Source: Tubulanus polymorphus
Lineage: Eukaryota; Animalia; Nemertea
Assembly (NCBI RefSeq): GCF_964204645.1
Contig: NC_134029.1
Span: 22,004,950-22,068,949 of the forward strand
DNA: 64,000 bases
Direction: 5' to 3'
This document shows positions 24,101-38,682 of the stretch, piece by piece; within the stretch, counting starts at the first letter, position 1, and each line of letters begins with the position of its first letter. A program made the position numbers and the translations under genes. The notes beneath the pieces are model-generated. The model ran no database searches. It saw only the letters and a list, made by a program, of their open reading frames with translations, and was not told the origin of the DNA.

Positions 24101-27100
24101 TCTGCGACTCTTGTTGATTATTTTGTACATTTATAACTGTGAATAGATATCTTAAGTAGATTGTCAATGATGTAATTTGTATCAATATATGAGAAACCTT
24201 AATTTACATTACATGTAATTAGAATTTTGAGTTAATAACAGTTTGTTGTCAAATAAAGATTTGAAGTTTCATTCGAAGATGTGATATTATTCTTGGTAAT
24301 ATTTTGATGGTGGCTCAGCGATATTTCGAAGGAGTGAGGACTTATTTGAGAACTGTTTTTAAAGAGGATTATCTTCTGAAAGTTTACACGATAGACAAAG
24401 ACTTATCGAGGCTTCTGAGTCGACGCTTTTGAGAAATTTTATCCGTTGTGAAAGAGGAAAAACTAGACGTATAGACTTAGAAATATTCAGACTGGTTTTA
24501 ACATAGTCAAAGAAACGGATCTACCCACCTTGCGGCCAGCTTTGTTATTCCACAAATTCATTAAAGATGGCGCTTCTGCTTTCATAAACTCCTTCGTGTC
24601 GACAAAATCCTTGGTAAAACGTTCACCGAAACGAACGTTGTGGGAACAGCCGCCCCATTCGAATGTTCCATCGGTTTTTTCTCGTTTAATGTTCGGGTCG
24701 CATCCACAACTGGTCAGCTTTCCTTTAGCGCAAGCTTTCGTCACGGCGTACATCGCCCCTGCTGCGTTCACCGCGTAGATGTACGACTTCTCTCGACTAT
24801 CTGGAAAATATATGCACGAACATTCTTTAATGTGATTTGAATTGAATTCAATTAGTCTTACGCCTGGAAGCAAGAGAGAAATGTGACAAAGGCCGATCCA
24901 TGGGGAGGTTGCAGGGAATGCGCACCACATAAAATGTCAAGTTGCCCTGAAATTTCACGGGAAATTGAAATATATTAAAATGCTACCTACAAAAATTAGA
25001 ACCTTTTCCGATGAACTTTCAGAGTGCCCTTTTAAGTATGTGGTATGCCCTATTTTGGGGGTGCACCCCTCCCTGAGTCAGACCCTAGATCCGCCCCTGT
25101 TCTGCGGTTTCTTTTATATCACTTTTTTCCAATTTCCACTAAAATATTTTTCCAATCGAAAAGACAAAGTCCGAGAAGGCATGAATCAAAAGATTGGCAT
25201 CGTTCAGATTACATATCAGTTCCATTCTTATCGCTGGCGATGTTTACAAAATCGGGAAGAACCAGACAAGGAGCATCGGAGAAACAAGTTTCCAATTCAA
25301 CATTTCTCGTGTTAGCCGCGTTAGTGGAGTGACGTCCGATAGCTAATACACGGTTTCAATAAAACCAACATGGCCGCGTTAACAAGGTACGCAGCTGAGT
25401 AGCAGGTAATGATACGGCTCCCCGCTGACTGACACTCATCGTCACGGTACACCTGATAAAATCGCACCCTCTCACATTCTGAGAATGTTCCCATGTTGAT
25501 TTAATCATTGTAGATTTCCTTATAACGTTCGCTTAGCCCACCCTATCTCCTTAGCCAAAATTCATGGACTATAACAAGAACTGTTTGAAGGCTTCATTGA
25601 ATTTTTGTGAAAGGCGTCTCCATTCCTTTCAGTTGTTTCTCAATGAATTGATAGTTAAAGTTGGAGATAACTAGTTCGTGGACTTTGGCGAATTCAAATT
25701 TCAAAAGTTCAAGTTGAATTCTGAAATTTAACGGTAGTTCGATCGAATACGTATTTAGTGATTCTGAGAATGCCGGAATCGAGTCAGAGGCGGTAAACGT
25801 ATCCCGGTTTGGCACGCTAACAAAACGCCAATAAAACGCGTAGTTTCGGGGCAAACTTGTCGGTTGTGATTGACGGCGTGAAAAAAACAGCGTCTGATAT
25901 CGGTGATGACTCGGTGATAGAAACATCTCCTTCGGGTTGTGCGCGGCTATTAGACAACAACTGCAACAGACAGCCCGAATGTCTAAAATGACACCCTCCG
26001 GTCAAATTTACGCTATCTACTCATTATTTACCTGGAAATTTAGCGAAATCAAATTACTGACAACACAAAAATCGTCGTGTAAACTTCACGATAAAATGAA
26101 GCGCGTAATTTATAACCGGAGGTTTTTTGTACCCGACGCCTGCGCGCATGGAGTTTGTTTACCGATAGGCTTTTTAAAACGCCGGTACAATTTACCTCAG
26201 TGCTACGTTCGTAGAATCGAATTTTGAGCAAACGAATAAGATCAAGGTGAAATTGACTTTAAATGAGAGTTCATTTTGTTATCAGTGGAAAATGGAGAGT
26301 AGACCGGGATCACTAAAACTTACTAATAGATAAGACGTTTCCAAAAACGTCCGTGGTGTTGAATGTGTTACAATTCCATCTTCTATCCTTAAACTGAAAC
26401 TTGCATTCGTCGATACCCATCGAGGCCCCTTCACTGAGCACGTCCAGCATATTATCCGACATTTGACAAAGTTCTTTCTGCCTTGTCTCCAAAAACGGTA
26501 TCGCCGTACATTTCGAGGGTGTGTCAAGGTACGCCAGGTTATTGTCCAATACTGAACTAGCGATTCCAAGATACCTGCAAAAAAATTTGACACAAAACAT
26601 GTACCTGAGATAACGAGGTTAAAAGCGATTTAGGTTTTCTAGAATCGTCTTTGTTATGGTTTCTTTTTGTCGACAACATTCTATAATTGAAACCTTTGAA
26701 AGCTTTTGGCAAGTCATATTTCAGTAAAAATTCACTGTTTCTTTCGTCGTCATCTTCGCTGAAAGGTTCTCGAGATGAAACCCCGCAAAATGACTTCGTA
26801 TCAGTATTGTAAAATATCCGCCTCGTGTCATTTCAATGCGGCCCGTTTCGTCTGATGTTTCTATTCTTCAGTTGACTCACTTCATTGTGGCGCTCAAAAT
26901 CAGTTGATAAAAATCGCGTTTTATTTCAGTGAATTCTTTAAAGAGTCGACTATTTCAGTCGCCGATTTTCATTCAAAAGCGAAGATGAAAGTCTCGAGAA
27001 CCGACGACCTGAGGCTAGCGGGTGAACTGCGCTGACTCAACCCTTTGTGCGCAAAACATCTAATCACTAACATCTAATCAGCAACATAATTCATTCATAT

Positions 27101-30100
27101 TAGCAGAAATATCTACTGGATATTCTATACATTTAAAGATCTCGATTATGGCGTCAATTTCGAAGTGATCACTTACGCTGTAATTTGTATCATAAACCAG
27201 TGAATTGTTGACTTTTGACTCGTTAATTAGAAACTATGAATCACAAATTCTGGTTGATAGATCACCAACTGTCATCCATAGTAAGCCGATAAACTCGTGG
27301 TTAATCTAGCGAATAGTAGAATGTTAATTTATTCGAGGGTTCGCTTCTGGCGCTTATAATTCATTTGTGTATAAACGATTTTGAATAAAGCATTGGTCAA
27401 CGGTAAATTTTAATGGGAATTTTATTATCATAACAAAGATTTCTTGACCATTGTAGTTCGCGTTGGTGGTGGTGACTTATTTGCCATTCAATCGTTGTTT
27501 TGCCCCCGAGGGGTTTGAAATTGATATTCATTATTCGTCGAATGGCGGCTGTGTTTGATGGACATTTTCGCGCCCGTGTTCGAATCTGTGTACAAACTTA
27601 GAGGTCAATTGAATGTTTAAATAAAGATCTATCTCTCTCTCTCAGAAATTCGTGGAACGTTAAGTTTTACACGTGTTATCCGATTACTGGACAAGATTAG
27701 ATTTGGCTTTTGAAAGACGTTCTCACGCAATTTATAAATTCGCACAAATACACGATTATAAAGATAGGAAACTCATACCAGAAAACACGGTGATAAGCAT
27801 TGCGATTGATATTATCGAATATTCAAATAAAACATCGTAATAAACCCTTTATGAAACCAAAATCCAGACTATGAGAATTTGAAAGGTCCGGTGGATGGTT
27901 GATTTCCCATACGAAAAATTTGCTAAATCAAACTGGATCTTTTAATAACATATTGAACAAACAACTACCAGGCAATTCACGTTCCCCGGATAATTTTGTC
28001 TCTATTGTCAAAACTATTTCTTACAAAATGCCCTTATCTTCAAATCCGCTTCAGGTCCTCGTACAATAGACAGTTTGTTATGGCGGTAAATGGCCCCTAC
28101 GCGATGATTTTAATTCGATATGAGAGATACATTGAAATCTTTCGTTTCCACAATAAACACACGTCGAATAAAACGAGAAAGAACTAGAATCCCCGAGGCT
28201 TTGATAAACTATAGCAAACCCGGATCGTCTTCGCCGAGTATTTAACGAAACAGATCTACCGTGAAATCAACCAGTCACCTGGAAATCGTGAATTCAAGTA
28301 GAGGGTTTTTGAGAAGAATTTTAAGAGAGAGTTTCCTCGTGAAGTTGCAGCCTCGTGTGTTTCCCCTTATCCCGAAATTAAAGGCCGCTATTCGCTTTAA
28401 TGTCGGTTTGAATTAAGAAAAACGGAAGAACTGAACGAAAGGTCAAATCCATCGAGATCGGTACAGAAAGCGAGTCTGTATTCAGGTCTGCGATCTGCTT
28501 TGGGAAACATCGATGCTATACGAACTATTATGAAAATTCCGCTTATACGTTCATTTAGTACAATTACCTTCTGGAAAATTCGGTAGCGCAGACATTTAAC
28601 ATCAGTTATATCAAAGATTATCTCTAAGAATAAAACGAAAGATGCTATTATTCGTAACACGTGTAATAGAGCCGTGGCTCCAGGCTTAGAGGAAGTCGGC
28701 TGTTGAGCCAGGACTAAGTACGTATGATGAAACGTTAGTTAATGTTGCTTTTGGGAAAGGTTTTTTGATTTACCTTTGAAGTAAGAAGTAATCAACATTA
28801 CTCGGCAATGCAAAGATAAGATTGGTCTTGTTAACTAATTGTAGCACGAGCCACTAGTAATTTTTGTTGTATTAATACTCGCCGAGAATCGAGGAGCCAT
28901 TTTTCAACTTCTGGCGAATACAATAAATGAAGGCCAATAAAGCACACGTCCTTCTAAAAATGCCCTCGAACAGCAAAAGGAAGGAGTATGCTCATTACTT
29001 ACATACACATCCCTGACATTCTATATATCGGGTAATTTCAAAGTAATATAGCGTGGGTTTCTAAAGGATAAGGTTTGAATGTTGATTCTTGAAGATACGT
29101 CACAGTTAGCCAACCCGTGTTATCTGGGAAATTTCCCGTAGTTGTAATACTACGGATTACCCAACGTAAAATGAGGTTTTCATTCCTGAATTACTTTATA
29201 CACGCATGTAACAACTTAAAATACATTGAAATAAAAAGAAGGGTTTTATGATAGCGTGTATTTTTTCATTAAGCATTTTGCATTCTACAAATTTGTATAC
29301 ATATCGGATGTGATTGCATTGGTCGCGAACTTTCGCCCTATAAAAGTGTGTCTTGATCGCTTCAAGCATCGTGTCCGACATTTGTTATTTTTGGTTTGCG
29401 GAAGATTTCGAGTGGTCTCTAGGTATTCACTCACTACCTTCTGATATCAAGTTCATCTCGATCGGGGCTTATTTACTATATTAAACCGGCATTTATTGAA
29501 CGAAGCCTATCTACCGTATGTTTGCGAGTCAATATGGCGAACAAATAATCCCCTGTAAAGAGAGAATATAACGGATCTAGGTGGGCACCCGCGTTGAGAG
29601 CTTGCAACCGATGAATTTCCCCCTATATCTAACTTTATAATCTGTAGCGAAATGGGAACGAACGAACTGAAGAATTCAAACACTCATGCAACATATACTG
29701 GTTCTTCTTGTGATGCGAGCACCGATACCTATTTATAATAATAATGGATTAACCGGTCTGTCTGGTCGTGGCATTAATACCTATTATCCCAGCGAACGTA
29801 ATATCTAGTCTCACATACACTGAACTCCCCAATTACTAAGAAATTTTCTGGAAGCATTCATTTTTTCACCATCGTGATAGTTGATAATGTATTGTCATTT
29901 CTCGGGTCCAAGAAAAACTGAGCAAAAAATATCGCAATACGCAAAATCTATGTTGCCAATCTACGAATCTGTGAGAAAAGAAACGGAGAAAAAACTTCGT
30001 TTTGATTGACGAAGGAAGATTCGATAGAACTTCTTTGAAAATTTTTCCACCGAGTATAAATATTTGTCTACAAGCGATCATCCTATTAACGCTTTGTTTG

Positions 30101-31625
30101 CGTTCGCGAATAATTTCATTACTTTCGCTGTAAAAACAAATGCGCAGATCCCACCTTCACAAGTGATGGTATATAGTGCCACAGACTCCGGAATAATCGA
30201 GACAATTCTCCGGCAGAAAAACATTAATTCTTTTTTGCAGCTTTTAAAAACTATAACCGAAGAACGATCAATCATTTTTCGTGTCATCAAAAATAGCTAT
30301 CAAACACTTATTTCCGGTTTCTGTAAAATAGATCATTTTCTATCGGACTGTTTGACATTTTCTTTATCCACTTCAAACCACACGGCGCTTAATGTGCGGT
30401 TGATTTAAATTTGTCCGTAAATGCGGATGTTTAAGTCTTTTTTGGACAATGTTACATTCTTCTTGGATGATAAAGATTTAAAGCTGTTAAGCGGAAATAT
30501 GTTTTAATTCCAGTAAATGACTATTCAATAGTGCGGCCCACGTCCATGTGTGACGTCATACATAATATGCTCATGCGCCTTTTAAGCATATTTTTCATAT
30601 TTTGTGTTCACGTGAAGGTGAATCTCTGGCTGGTGTTTGCTCATAAGTTTCCAATATTATACCGATTCTTTTGTTGGTCTTTGTGACGATGAGCACTTTG
30701 ATGTAGATGCTCCTTTTGAAAAGTGTGGTTTCCTTTCATGCCGTGCGGAGTGAAATTAGCCGCAGTTTTGTTACTGGTGAATCCAACGAGGAACTCCGAA
30801 TAATCATATAATTACCTTCGTTAATATTTCACAAATTGGTAAAAGAAACGAATCGCAAAACAAAACCAGATTCAAACGAAAAATGAACTTGATAAGTTTC
30901 AGACCATAAATTCGCCTTCAACCCATTTCAATGTGAAGGTCGGTAAAATGTCTAAAATATTCCACCTAATTCAATTTTTCTTCTATTGTAAAAGACACTG
31001 ATTGCATTAAGCCTATCTATATCGGAAATTCAATCCAATTCAACCTGATAGTCAGTTATAGGGGTATTGAAGTTTACATGGTAGATTCGATGATATTGCA
31101 GGAATGCGAACTATTGTGAATTATCAATTTATTTCCGTTTCTCATCAATTCATCGTAAATCCGTAAAATCCGTTAATCGCGTATTTTATTGCGTAATTTA
31201 TTACCCAGATTACAGATATACACATAATATCCGTGTATAATAATATAATTCAGAAATAGATTCAGAATGTTTGACAATGCGCTATTAGAGTTCTGTAGTC
31301 ATCAAAGATTTACAGCAAAAATTGGTTAACATATTAATTCATTTCGACTCGATACAGCAAAAAATTATAAAAGTATAAAAGTATAAAAACAGATTTATAT
31401 TCGAGAGAAAATTTTCAAAAGTTTGCAGTTTGCAGTTTGCAGTAAATACATTTACCATCATTTGAAAATATCGAGCATTTAAAGCACGAGAACATTTTAA
31501 TAGGAGATTCAAAAGTTAAATTTTCAGTTTTACATTTCTACCTTTACTTACCACCAAGATGCGTGTACCCTTTGCACGATACAAAGAGTAGTAATGACGA
31601 GTCCAGCTATTCCTAACTGCGTCAT
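21117..31625 (-). CDS. WntA: Wnt ligand, probably WntA subfamily (352 aa, 4 exons)
   Basis: Exons 31625-31552 (signal peptide [24 protein letters not shown]), 26574-26324, 24800-24529 and 21578-21117 join in frame. Motifs: [41 protein letters not shown]. Wnt is certain; the WntA call rests on SREKSYIYA and LMNLWNN and is tentative. Confidence 0.9.
21869..22072 (+). promoter_or_regulatory. Hsp70 promoter: heat-shock elements, CCAAT boxes, TATA-like box
   Basis: nGAAn arrays cGAAtgTTCtaGCAcgTTCt (21964-21983) and aGAAatCTCtgGAAatCTGtaGAAc (22028-22052). Inverted CCAAT (ATTGG) near 21871 and 21911, and AATAAATA at 22065-22072. Confidence 0.75.
22188..24089 (+). CDS. hsp70: Intronless stress-inducible cytosolic Hsp70
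   Basis: 633-aa ORF with [22 protein letters not shown] and [14 protein letters not shown] signatures and C-terminal [16 protein letters not shown] and the absence of GGMP repeats fit the inducible invertebrate type. AATAAA at 24252. Confidence 0.98.
   Translation: MKAPAIGIDLGTTYSCVGVFQHGKVEIIANDQGNRTTPSYVAFTDSERLIGDAAKNQVAMNPANTIFDAKRLVGRKITDEAVQQDMKHWPFKVCSDSAGKPVVEVEFKGDMKKFSPQEVSSMVLTKMKETAEAFLGQRVRDAVITVPAYFNDSQRQATKDAGIIAGLNVLRIINEPTAAALAYGLDKNLKGERNVLIFDLGGGTFDVSILTIDEGSLFEVRSTAGDTHLGGEDFDNRLVSHFVEEFKRKFKKDLSVNPRSLRRLRTACERAKRTLSTSATANIEIDSVFEGIDFYSSITRARFEELCSDLFRKTMEPVEKAIRDAKIDKSKIHDVVLVGGSTRIPKIQKLLQELMNGRELNKSINPDEAVAYGAAVQAAVITNVADSTIQDVLLVDVAPLSLGIETAGGVMTKIVERNAKIPCKANETFTTYSDNQPGVTIQVYEGERAMTKDNNLLGTFELSGIPPAPRGVPKIDVAFDIDANGILNVTAQDKATGKSNQITITNDKSRLSKEEIERMVADAEKYKDADDKQREKIAARNKLESTVFTYKQTVEENESKLSDSDKESVKSKCKEVMEWLDNNSLAEKDEFEHQLEELQKVCTPVTAKIYQQQSQSSAAGGCGSKGPTVEEVD
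24887..25099. mobile_element. MITE-like element in Wnt intron 2
   Basis: Imperfect terminal inverted repeats caaaggccgatcca ... tagatccgcccctg around ~210 bp of noncoding sequence. Confidence 0.45.
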
Positions 31626-34325
31626 TTTGTCCTAAAACATCGTAAGTATCCCAAAAAGCGTCCGTTTAGGTCGAGTCACCGTCTACATCTGATCCGGGAA
31701 GGAGCTCACCAAGGAATATCAGTGAGCGCTGTGTCGTCACTAGAGATAATACGGCCCCAACGCGATGTTAATTATCATTGGAACCGGCCGAGATAAACCA
31801 CTGGTAAATTTAATAAGCGCCTCCCAACGATCGGATCAGACGATTGAATCGCGAAGTTAACCGAACGATTTATATATATATATGTATATATATATATATA
31901 AGCGCAAACCAATGAGAAAACTTTTCAGAAATTCTCAGTCAGTCGCCGGCAAAGTTTGTTACTTGTTTCCTGCGGAGTATCCGAGAATGAAAATGCGCAT
32001 CTGAGCATGTGACAACCCAGAGGACGTACAAAGCGCCTGAATCATTTGTGTGCACTCGATTCCCCAAGAAATGTTAATGAATTCACACTAAAAGCCGATC
32101 GCGGCCAGTTTCAATTACACATTAAGCTTCGTTGCTTTAATGCATTTCAAATGAATTGTGTAAATACCCTGCCCGGCGTTGTCATATTATAAGTTACGGC
32201 GAAGTTGGGTGAGTTATTTATTTGCCCAGAGGAAGGTTTGTTTCGCATGTCACACGAAATAGCGCCAATAGCATGTTACTCGTCAATGGACGGGCGCAAC
32301 TAATCGGCTTAAAGGGGCCAAATTTCGGCTATAAATCTTCAGAGTTCGGCGAGTTTAGTCATCGTAAAATACTTCACGAAAAGCAACTTGTCAGTCAAAA
32401 ATCTCCACCGAGAGAATCGCATTGTTCAAATTCGTCGAGTGGGTAAATTATTTACGTATTTCATGAATATTATCGTTTTTCAAATACCCGGAGTACACTC
32501 GGTCCCGCCCAATTGTATTGCGTCTAATCAACAAAACGGATAGCATTTGTAAAAACTAACAGAATGCTTTTAGTTTGTCGTAAAAAGAGCAGCCTGTCGG
32601 GCAAACATATCGCTTTGACATGTTCTTTGTGGTTGTCTTTTGTCGCGCTATGATTGACAGTTGGCTTAATGTTTTCTTTTTACATTTCGCCTCGTATCGA
32701 AATTCGTGAACAAACAAATTATAATGAGGTAGTCGTGCACGTTGGAGAACACCGTGCGACGAGGTAAAAGTATCGTCTATGTGATTATTGGAGAATACGT
32801 GACGAAATTGACAAAATATCCAATACATTTTCGCGTCAACCGCACGTACTGTCCACCAGAATTCGGCTTCTTACGTTTCGCCGTAAAGACGCTTTTAGCA
32901 GTGGCCCGATAGAGACCAATAAGAATTCAAAGTGAAGATATGAACAATTTCTTTTATATTGATTAACTTCGTTGGTATTTCTTTATTTTGAGAATATTCT
33001 GTTCGGTGTGAGTGGACTTGAAAAGTATATTGAATAACTTATCTGTATGATAATTTTCATCACAATCAAATTATCCATAATTAATTAATTGAGTTCATTA
33101 ATTTGCCTTTGGATTGAAATTAATTTTGAAATTTCCACTTATTTAGTTCCGCGATGAAGTTGGTGGTTCTTGGCGTTTACAAATCGCTGAAATGATAGAG
33201 ACATTCTGACCATAAACGACAAAGAAACCTGTTGTCTACGTGTGAAAAGTGACGTGATAACAACATGCATATGCAAATTGTGTCTTATTCCACCGAGCAA
33301 TTATACACTTGAGCGCCTTGTCGCGCCTTTACCATGTTTTCCTTGATTAAAATGTGCAGTTGTTTGTAAATTGAGTTTCCATCAGTAGCCTTATCTGAGT
33401 GTGAGACAGAATTAGACAGTCATTAAAGACTGGGAATCGCCTGGATTTAAATTCAAGTCCGAGTTGATAGGTTATAGAATCTCGCATGCCCATATGAATC
33501 ATGGTAGATCAGTTCGAGATCTGGAGTCGTTACTTATCGCGACTGAATACAAAATCCCATCGACGATGCACTGAAGCACACTGATCACTATTCTGGGTAC
33601 ATTTTTCTGAATTTTCGAAACATTGTTTTCGCTGGAAGTTTTGGGGGTAGTTATCAGGATGAATGCACAAACAACGGGTCAATTTCCCTCGAATTATCGA
33701 TTCGTGGCAGAAAACGCACGGTAAATTTGAAGCCACAGGCAGTATTTTCTAGAATCTTCACCGAGGCGAATCATATGGCCATCTGCTAGCAAAAACTGCT
33801 CGGCGTGCGCCTGTGGCATTTACATGGATTGTTTCTGACGCCAAATTAAGAGTAATTTCCTTGTCATCAGTACGCAGCTCATCGTAATTGCGCTAGTCCC
33901 CACTTGCAATAATCATTTATACGGAAATTTTTAAACGGTTTGCCGGCCGACCCGGGAACGATAGCAGCTGTTGGGCCGATAGAACGAGGCAATAAGGTTT
34001 TAGCATTTTATACATATTTTTAACCCGTAAGGGCAATGAATAATTGCGCTTTGGTAATTGATTAGTGAAGCTATTTATAAACAGGAAAAAATCAGTCCAG
34101 TAATGCGGCCCGCGGATAGTTATAATTAATCAACTCTGCCGTAGCATGCTGCCACCTATCTAAAGCTGAGGTTGAACTTAATGAGGCGTTTCACTGTAAC
34201 ATCTTGTGGCTGATTATGAATTCTTAAGCATTTATATGCCCACAATTTATGAAAATTAATAATATATGATACATGATAACATGATTTAGATCTGAGAGAT
34301 TGATGAGGGATTCGAACCCTAATTT

Positions 34326-34348
34326 CACTTCCGGGTCAAGATGGCTGC
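34326..34348 (+). promoter_or_regulatory. ETS plus YY1 housekeeping-promoter motifs at the HACD3 start
   Basis: CACTTCCGG (ETS/GABP) directly followed by CAAGATGGC (YY1), overlapping the ATG at 34341. Confidence 0.55.
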
Positions 34349-36751
34349 CGTTCTCAGTCCTTTCGTTTATTGGGGTCAAAATACTAACTTTTTATCGTTA
34401 AACGTTTCACTCAGAGATCTGGGCGTAAGTTGTAATTCAGAATTAATCATATTTTCAGCTTTCGTTTGGATTGCAATTTGAATTGTCAGTGATCCGGCTT
34501 GATATCATGCATTTATGTCCAAAAACCGGCATATTTTTTGTCGATACTCGCTTGCCAGGGGAAGTGTCATATGGCATAAAATTCCTATTGTAGAGCGCAC
34601 CAGAAGTAATTTTAGATGAAGATCATTTAGAAGTAAAAGCTGAAGGCACTGGATGTCAGGGTTTTCACAACTACGAATTTCAAATAGAATTCTATTTACC
34701 AGTTGACCCCAAGGTTGGTAAACAAAGCTGAACAACAAAATTATATATCTTAAAATACCTTGTTGTTTTATTTATTTATTGAATGTTACCTGATTTGTAG
34801 AAAAGTAAATTTCGAGTAAAAGAAACTGGTATTGAATTCAACATCAAGAAACAGGTGCGGGATTGTTGGCCGAGGTTGACGTACGATAATAAGAAACCGG
34901 CTTGGCTTAAAATTGATTTCGATCATTTTGAATATGACAGTTCCGAAAAAGAAATTGAGACAGATCCCGAAGTAAGTATCGGTAAATCAGGGTGACCAGG
35001 AAAACTCGGGGAATCCGAAGAATATAGAAAAAATTGGGGAATTCGATGAATTTTGCCAAAAATTTTGGAAGTCTTGTAGGAATTCGGATATGCGATTGAC
35101 AACACATTTCTTTATCAATGCATGATTCATGATAACAGAATAAATGTTAACATGATTTAGGGCCTACCGAGAAACTTCGTAATTCACATGCAGCTGATTT
35201 ACTCCGGGAATTTGCAGTTATAACATGGAAACTCAGGGAATGTGTAAAGGGGAAGTGGCTACCCTGTAAAAAGGTTCACTGTTTGCCTAATGATAGATAT
35301 TTGTGGTATGACACTAATGACTGATTTGGTTATTTCCACAGGAGGAAAAAGAAAGAAGAGAAATGCTGGACAAAATGGAACAGGAAGTTAAAAAATCTAA
35401 AAGATCAGGTATGGGCCGGTTGTTCAATAGTTAGGCTATGAGTCACAGTTGTATTGTTAATACTGTGGAATTTATGCACTGAACCTGAAAAACACTTTTC
35501 TCAAAAAGCAGGCTCAATGCGGATTGATTGTTTCACTAATAGTAGTGTAAGAAATTGCTTGAATTCATTATGAAAAAAATTCAAATTTTTTCCTTTCTTT
35601 TTTGCAGTCATCAATGATATACGGAAGGGTTACCTCTTTCTATATAACCTGTTTCAATGGGTCGGTTATTCGTTCGTGTTTACGTCACTAATGATACGGT
35701 ATCACAAACACGGTCCTGGTACGCAATCTTTCGCCGGTTAGAGGAATAATTTGAATTTGTAATAAAATCCTGCGTTTATTCATTGATAATTTTGTTATAG
35801 ATTCGCGGCCGGAAGCGTTCGAGAAAGTTGGTGCTCAGTTGATGCTATGTCAGTTTTTGGCTTTAATGGAAATCATGCATCCGTTGTTAGGATTTGTAAA
35901 ATCAAAAGTTTTGACGACTGCTGTTCAGGTATCTATCGTCCCCTCAATCACACTTTTTGTTTGTCTTCTTTTATCGAATGAAATATTCTACTAATGATTG
36001 TGTTATTTTGTATTCAGGTTTTAGGTCGAAATCTTGTTTTATTTGTATTGATTTTAAACAATCCCGATATTCAAAAACATTACGCGGTTTGGTGGCTTTT
36101 CTCGGCGTGGAGTCTCGTCGAGATATTCAGGTGAGACAAAATGGATACTAATTTTGCAAAAGTTAGTTTGAAATTCATTTTAATTGCATACGGTTTATTT
36201 TCATGTACTGATTATTCCTATTTCAGATATCCTTTTTACATGCTCAGTAGTATTGGTCAGGAATGGGGTCTTGTCAGCTGGTTAAGATACACAGTATGGA
36301 TTCCTTTGTATCCTATGGGCTTCATGTGTGAAGGTACGTGCATCTCACATGTTCGTTTGTACTTTTCTCTGTACTGAATGAATCGAAGATTGATTTTGGT
36401 TTTGGATTTTTCTTCTTAGGTTATATCATTCTGCAGTCTCTTCCCTACTTCGAAGATACAAACAAATTTAGTTTAATCCTGCCAAATCGCTTCAATATGG
36501 CGTTCAACTTCCCGTTGTTTTTGAAAATCTACATGGTAGCCATGCTTCCAGGTAAACTATCCCCTATTCATTCCTTTGTTTTCCTCTGAACAGTTGCTTA
36601 TAAATGAAAATCTTATTTTTCAATTGCAGGATTTTATTTATTAATGATGCACATGTATAAGTTGCGGAAGAACAAATTGACGCCAAATCTCCGTAAGAAG
36701 GCAGCGATGTTTCGTAAAGGCCCAAGTTTTTTCAGGGCTAAAATACAGTGA
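34341..36751 (+). CDS. HACD3: Very-long-chain 3-hydroxyacyl-CoA dehydratase 3 (PTPLAD1), 10 exons
   Basis: Exons 34341-34424 (MAAVLSPFVYWGQ), 34594-34713, 34801-34971 (WPRLT...KPAWLKIDFD), 35342-35408, 35609-35718 (RKGYLFLYNLFQ), 35801-35928, 36018-36130, 36227-36333 (WLRYTVWIPLYPMGFMCE), 36420-36551 and 36630-36751. CS domain plus PTPLA domain, colinear with HACD3. Confidence 0.93.
34988..35266. mobile_element. MITE-like element in HACD3 intron 3
   Basis: Termini cagggtgacca ... tggctaccctg form an imperfect TIR, with near-duplicated flanks taaat/taaaa and internal gggaa motifs. Confidence 0.5.
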
Positions 36752-38304
36752 TATCCATATTCATCCGAAGAACAATCCATCGAAAAAACTGCCAAATGAA
36801 CTTTGTCCCTAAAGTAACATCGAGATGTGTTAGTTTAATAGTGTGAATTCATACAGCTGGTCCCCTAACGCTACGAATGGAAGACCGATTCACGGATTGC
36901 TACTACACTAGTTGCTTCATCGATTCTAACTTTGTGTTCTAGCACCATTTGCATGTGCGCCCTTTAAATGTTCGCTGGAAAGACTCATTGATTCGAATTT
37001 TGTCTAGTTTATATAAATTTATCTAAAATTAGAAGTGTTATTATTGATTGTCAGTTTATATGCTATTTTGATGTGCACCACCGGTAAATTGGTATAAAGC
37101 TCTTAATATATTTTGTACTGTATAAGAGTCTCACCATCTTGTGCTTTAGCATATTTGAATGTACATGTTCTAGTTCATAGAATTTTGATTTGAATCATAT
37201 GTTGCTTATTCGATTGAATCGGATTGATTTGAGCGTGTTAGCCGAAATTTACCAACAAGTAAAAATCTGTGTGGAATTTTTTTAATAAAATAGAAACTAC
37301 TAATAATGACAGTATTCAAGAGTTTTTCTTTGTCTCATGCGATGATCTTTACATAGGTCTATAGGCTTCACTAAGAGATAACCGTACCTACTCTGGTCAA
37401 TACAGTGATACTGGTTGTGGTTTGGACATTTATTACAGTGAACCTCGACTCTCAGAAAACCAGGACCGGCAAAATTGGTCCGAAGTAAGCAAGGTCTAAG
37501 TTTAGGATCGGAAAATATGTTAGTAAGACTTTGGTTTCAAAAATAATGACAACTTCAGTAATGTGATTACATCTGATGACGATTTAATCAACTTCCATTT
37601 AATTAGTAGAGGCACAACCCCTTATTAGCATTATTGGCTTAAACTCACTCGTAGAATCTAGAGATTGCAGATATTGTTTGAAAACCTAAGAAAAAAATGA
37701 AAATCACTACAATCATATACAAGTAGTTAATTTATTACACTTTGTACAATATACAACCTGACACTGGCTCGTACAGAAGGTTTGGGAGAAGGTGCAGGGG
37801 AGCGTATCTAGTTTAACACCATCGTTCAAATCCATAAAAGCAATACATATATCTTTATATTTATTTACTACGAAATGGTCGGGAGATTGATTAGAGACTA
37901 TCTGCGACAAGAACCGTCTAATACAGTTGTTCATGCGACAATAACCAGGGTTCGGATAAAACAAATTGCACCCAACTCAAAATTTCTGATCATTTGATAT
38001 AAAACTCCTGTTAACGAAGAAAACAAGCAATTCGTATGAAAATAATGCTTAAGAAGTGCACCGATACCTGATGTTCAAAATAGAGAAACTAGGAGCTACT
38101 GTGGAGATGATTAGATATATTATCGGCCCTAAGTCGAGAGGTCCAGTGGAATAAAATATTCAAAATTTCCCCAGTTTTCTACTAGATACTATGAATGGAG
38201 ATTAAAATGAATAGTGAACGAAGCAAATATCATCTCTTTCTGCATCGATGAAATAATATTATTCAAAAGCTTATAATATTTCAATAATTCGACCAAGTCT
38301 CATG

Positions 38305-38682
<378 letters not shown>

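Noticed and set aside
26576-34300. Scattered TCF (ATCAAAG) and Su(H)-like (TGGGAA) motifs in Wnt intron 1 and upstream DNA
   Set aside because: Short motifs at about chance frequency; enhancers are likely but cannot be delimited from sequence alone.
37434-38150. Possible Tc1/mariner-type MITE starting tacagtgaacctcgac
   Set aside because: The right terminus is too degenerate to define a TIR pair by eye.
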